Assembly (NCBI GenBank): GCA_963822695.1
Contig: CAWGJH010000010.1
Location: 10,094-74,093 of the forward strand
DNA: 64,000 bases
Origin: an uncultured Actinomycetota bacterium
Lineage (GTDB): Bacteria; Actinomycetota; Actinomycetes; Mycobacteriales; Pseudonocardiaceae
Direction of reading: 5' to 3'
This document shows, in pieces, positions 62,501 through 64,000 of the stretch. Each line of letters begins with the position of its first letter. Positions within the stretch are counted from its first letter, which is position 1. The notes below the pieces were generated by a model. That model saw nothing but the letters and a program-made list of their open reading frames with translations, made no database searches and had not been told where the DNA came from. The translations under genes and the position numbers were made by a program.

Positions 62501-62809
62501 CCCAGTACCGGCCGGGTCGGTGCGCGCCTGGGCCGTTCGGGCATGATCATAGGCGGCGCGCTGGGTGGGGTCGCGGAGCACGGCGTAGGCGTGGAGCACC
62601 TCAGCGAGGCTGGGCAAGGCGAGCTGGCCGGGCTGTTGGTCGGCGTGGTGCTGTCGGCGAGTGTCGGGGTGGAGCTGGCGCAGCCGCCGCCGGTAGGCGC
62701 TGGCCAGCTCGCCGAGCTCCGCGTCCGGTGAGACCCCCAGGACTGCATAGAGGTCTGCGGCTCGCTGGTGCGCGCCACGGGGGTCCGGCGGCGGGGAGGA
62801 GGGTGGCAT
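62384..62809 (-). CDS. J-domain (DnaJ-like) protein
   Basis: Has DLYAVLGVSPDAELGELASAYRRRLRQLHPD...AYAVLRDPTQRAAYD (HPD motif). Confidence 0.75.
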   Translation of the reverse strand: MPPSSPPPDPRGAHQRAADLYAVLGVSPDAELGELASAYRRRLRQLHPDTRRQHHADQQPGQLALPSLAEVLHAYAVLRDPTQRAAYDHARTAQARTDPAGTGASSWSAVPIPVHRRTSATDALQPWIRVGPVRRHLLPPH

Positions 62810-63004
62810 GGGGTGCTCTTGTGGTATTCGGTGCTGAGTCTCGCTGTCGGTTCATTGTCTCCTGCGACTCCGGTGAGCGCACCGGCGACCGGTATCGTCC
62901 CGTCGCGGTGGGGGCGGTGGCCGGCAGTCTGGTCCGTCAGGAGGTCGCTGGTTGGGTTGACCGTTGAGCGATGGGTTGATCCGCGCCGACCGCATCGTCG
63001 GTGT

Positions 63005-63387
63005 TCAGTGCCACCCCACTCGCCCTTGACGGGGAACGGAGCCGGTGGCTTTTAGACGTTGTTCTCGAAGTGGCCGTCGGCGCTGGCGTTGGTGGGACCC
63101 ACTTGAGGGGAGTTCGTCGATCTCGATGTCCGCAGCCAGCGCACGCAGCAGCGCGGGGTCACTGGTCAGCACCGGCATCCCCCGGTTTCGAGCGGTCCAC
63201 GCCGCATGGCCCGCAGCCAGACAGTCAGGCTTGCCGGCCTTGGCCAGCACCGCCGCCACCTGGCGGGCCTCATTGCGGGTGAGATCAACGACAACCGTGA
63301 TCAGCAGATCGACGCGATGTAGGGACGGCCAGAAACGAACCCAAGGAGAGGGGTGGAATCCAGAACCACCCCACCGACAGCGCTCAC
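63005..63387 (-). pseudogene. vapC: PIN-domain toxin VapC-like, one frameshift
   Basis: The GTG at 63387 overlaps the vapB stop (GTGA). It gives VSAVGGVVLDSTPLLGFVSGRPYIASIC*, then the sequence continues in another frame: LLITVVVDLTRNEARQVAAVLAKAGKPDCLAAGHAAWTARNRGMPVLTSDPALLRAL. Confidence 0.6.
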
Positions 63388-63647
63388 GAAGCGTGGACCT
63401 GTGGATCATTTCCCTCTAGCCCGAGGAGGTGGCGTGCCCACGCATGGTGCTTTGCCTGCAGAGTCACACCCCGCTCGGCGTACAGGCGTGTCAGCCGCTC
63501 CAGCGCGGCGTCCTTGTCGAGTTGCGCCCGGACTGCCTTGCTGACATAAGCCGAGATGCTCGCCGCGTCGCCCTCGCCCGCCAGCCGCCGAAGCCGTTCC
63601 GCCTGCTCGACCGGCAGCGTCACCGTCACCCGCTCCGTGGTACGCAT
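63384..63647 (-). CDS. vapB: RHH/CopG-type antitoxin VapB-like
   Basis: 87 aa starting MRTTERVTVTLPVEQAERLRRLAGEGDAASISAYVSKAVRAQL. Confidence 0.75.
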   Translation of the reverse strand: MRTTERVTVTLPVEQAERLRRLAGEGDAASISAYVSKAVRAQLDKDAALERLTRLYAERGVTLQAKHHAWARHLLGLEGNDPQVHAS

Positions 63648-64000
63648 ACCGAAAGACTACTCAGCGCATACCAAGCGCCTCGAATCGGGAGTTGAGCAGT
63701 GGATGGTCAATGTGCTGTGGAGTTCCCGCGTCACCGCATTACCGTTCGGGCGGCAACCCGGTGACGAGGAAGCTGACCCGGCAGGTCGAGAAAGCTACCC
63801 GGCCGCCGATACAGGTTCCTCGTCGATGTCTGCCGCGATGCCGGCCACGTCCCGTAGGCTATCGACGAGTCTTTCCCGCCGGCTACCAGTGCCCACAGGA
63901 CACCGAGGAACTCGCCGCTGCGCCCTCGCCCATGGCCGCGCTCACCCTCGATGACTACGTCGCCCACACACTCCAGATCGTGCGCAGGGTCGCCGTGCAC

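Noticed and set aside
61690-62967. 425-aa ORF as a single large protein
   Set aside because: Only the first ~95 aa are DAGK-like. The remainder is Arg/Gly-rich read-through. The true kinase continues in other frames, and the 3' part is antisense to a J-domain gene.
63731-64000. Partial minus-strand ORF at the right edge
   Set aside because: There are no recognisable motifs. The frame is ambiguous (an alternative frame gives a plausible acidic C-terminus), and the gene is cut by the window edge.

Overview
Very GC-rich actinobacterial chromosome segment. The FtsZ, Wag31/DivIVA and ClgR-PspA sequences look Mycobacteriales/Frankiales-like. All family calls come from motifs I recognise by eye; no database search was run.

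Gene order, left to right:
- 0-5 kb: mobile-element debris and pseudogenes
- acyP-smc
- a frameshifted condensation-domain gene
- rimO-pgsA-clgR-pspA
- a parA-like gene and dinB
- moxR-DUF58-transglutaminase
- dcw cluster, first part: mraZ-rsmH-ftsL-ftsI-murE-mraY-murD-ftsW-ftsQ
- a 6.9-kb accessory island
- dcw cluster, second part: ftsZ-pgeF-yggS-sepF-yggT-divIVA
- a K+/H+ antiporter, then lspA-rluD
- an ArsR regulator convergent with a His/Cys-rich metallothionein-like gene
- a decayed fdhA
- IS debris
- a selenoprotein glycine/betaine-reductase-like operon (grdE/I-like, grdB/H-like, grdC, trx, grdA) with two in-frame UGA codons
- MerR/hsp20
- a decayed lipid kinase, a J-domain gene and vapBC

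Most notable observations:
1. The island between ftsQ and ftsZ carries a CpnT-like WXG100-toxin-immunity cassette. The Trp codon of its WXG motif is a TAG. The island also holds an orphan HprK-like kinase, IS110/IS256-like remnants, and a broken XRE gene followed by a hypothetical and an atypical kinase.
2. The Grd selenoprotein operon is flanked by IS remnants. It lacks grdD and trxB, and its GrdE-like subunit lacks the self-cleaving Cys.
3. murF, murG and murC are absent from an otherwise tightly coupled dcw cluster.
4. There is an unusually high load of frameshifted, truncated or nonsense-mutated genes.
5. In-frame 15-bp tandem duplications recur in housekeeping genes.

No rRNA, tRNA or CRISPR array was found.
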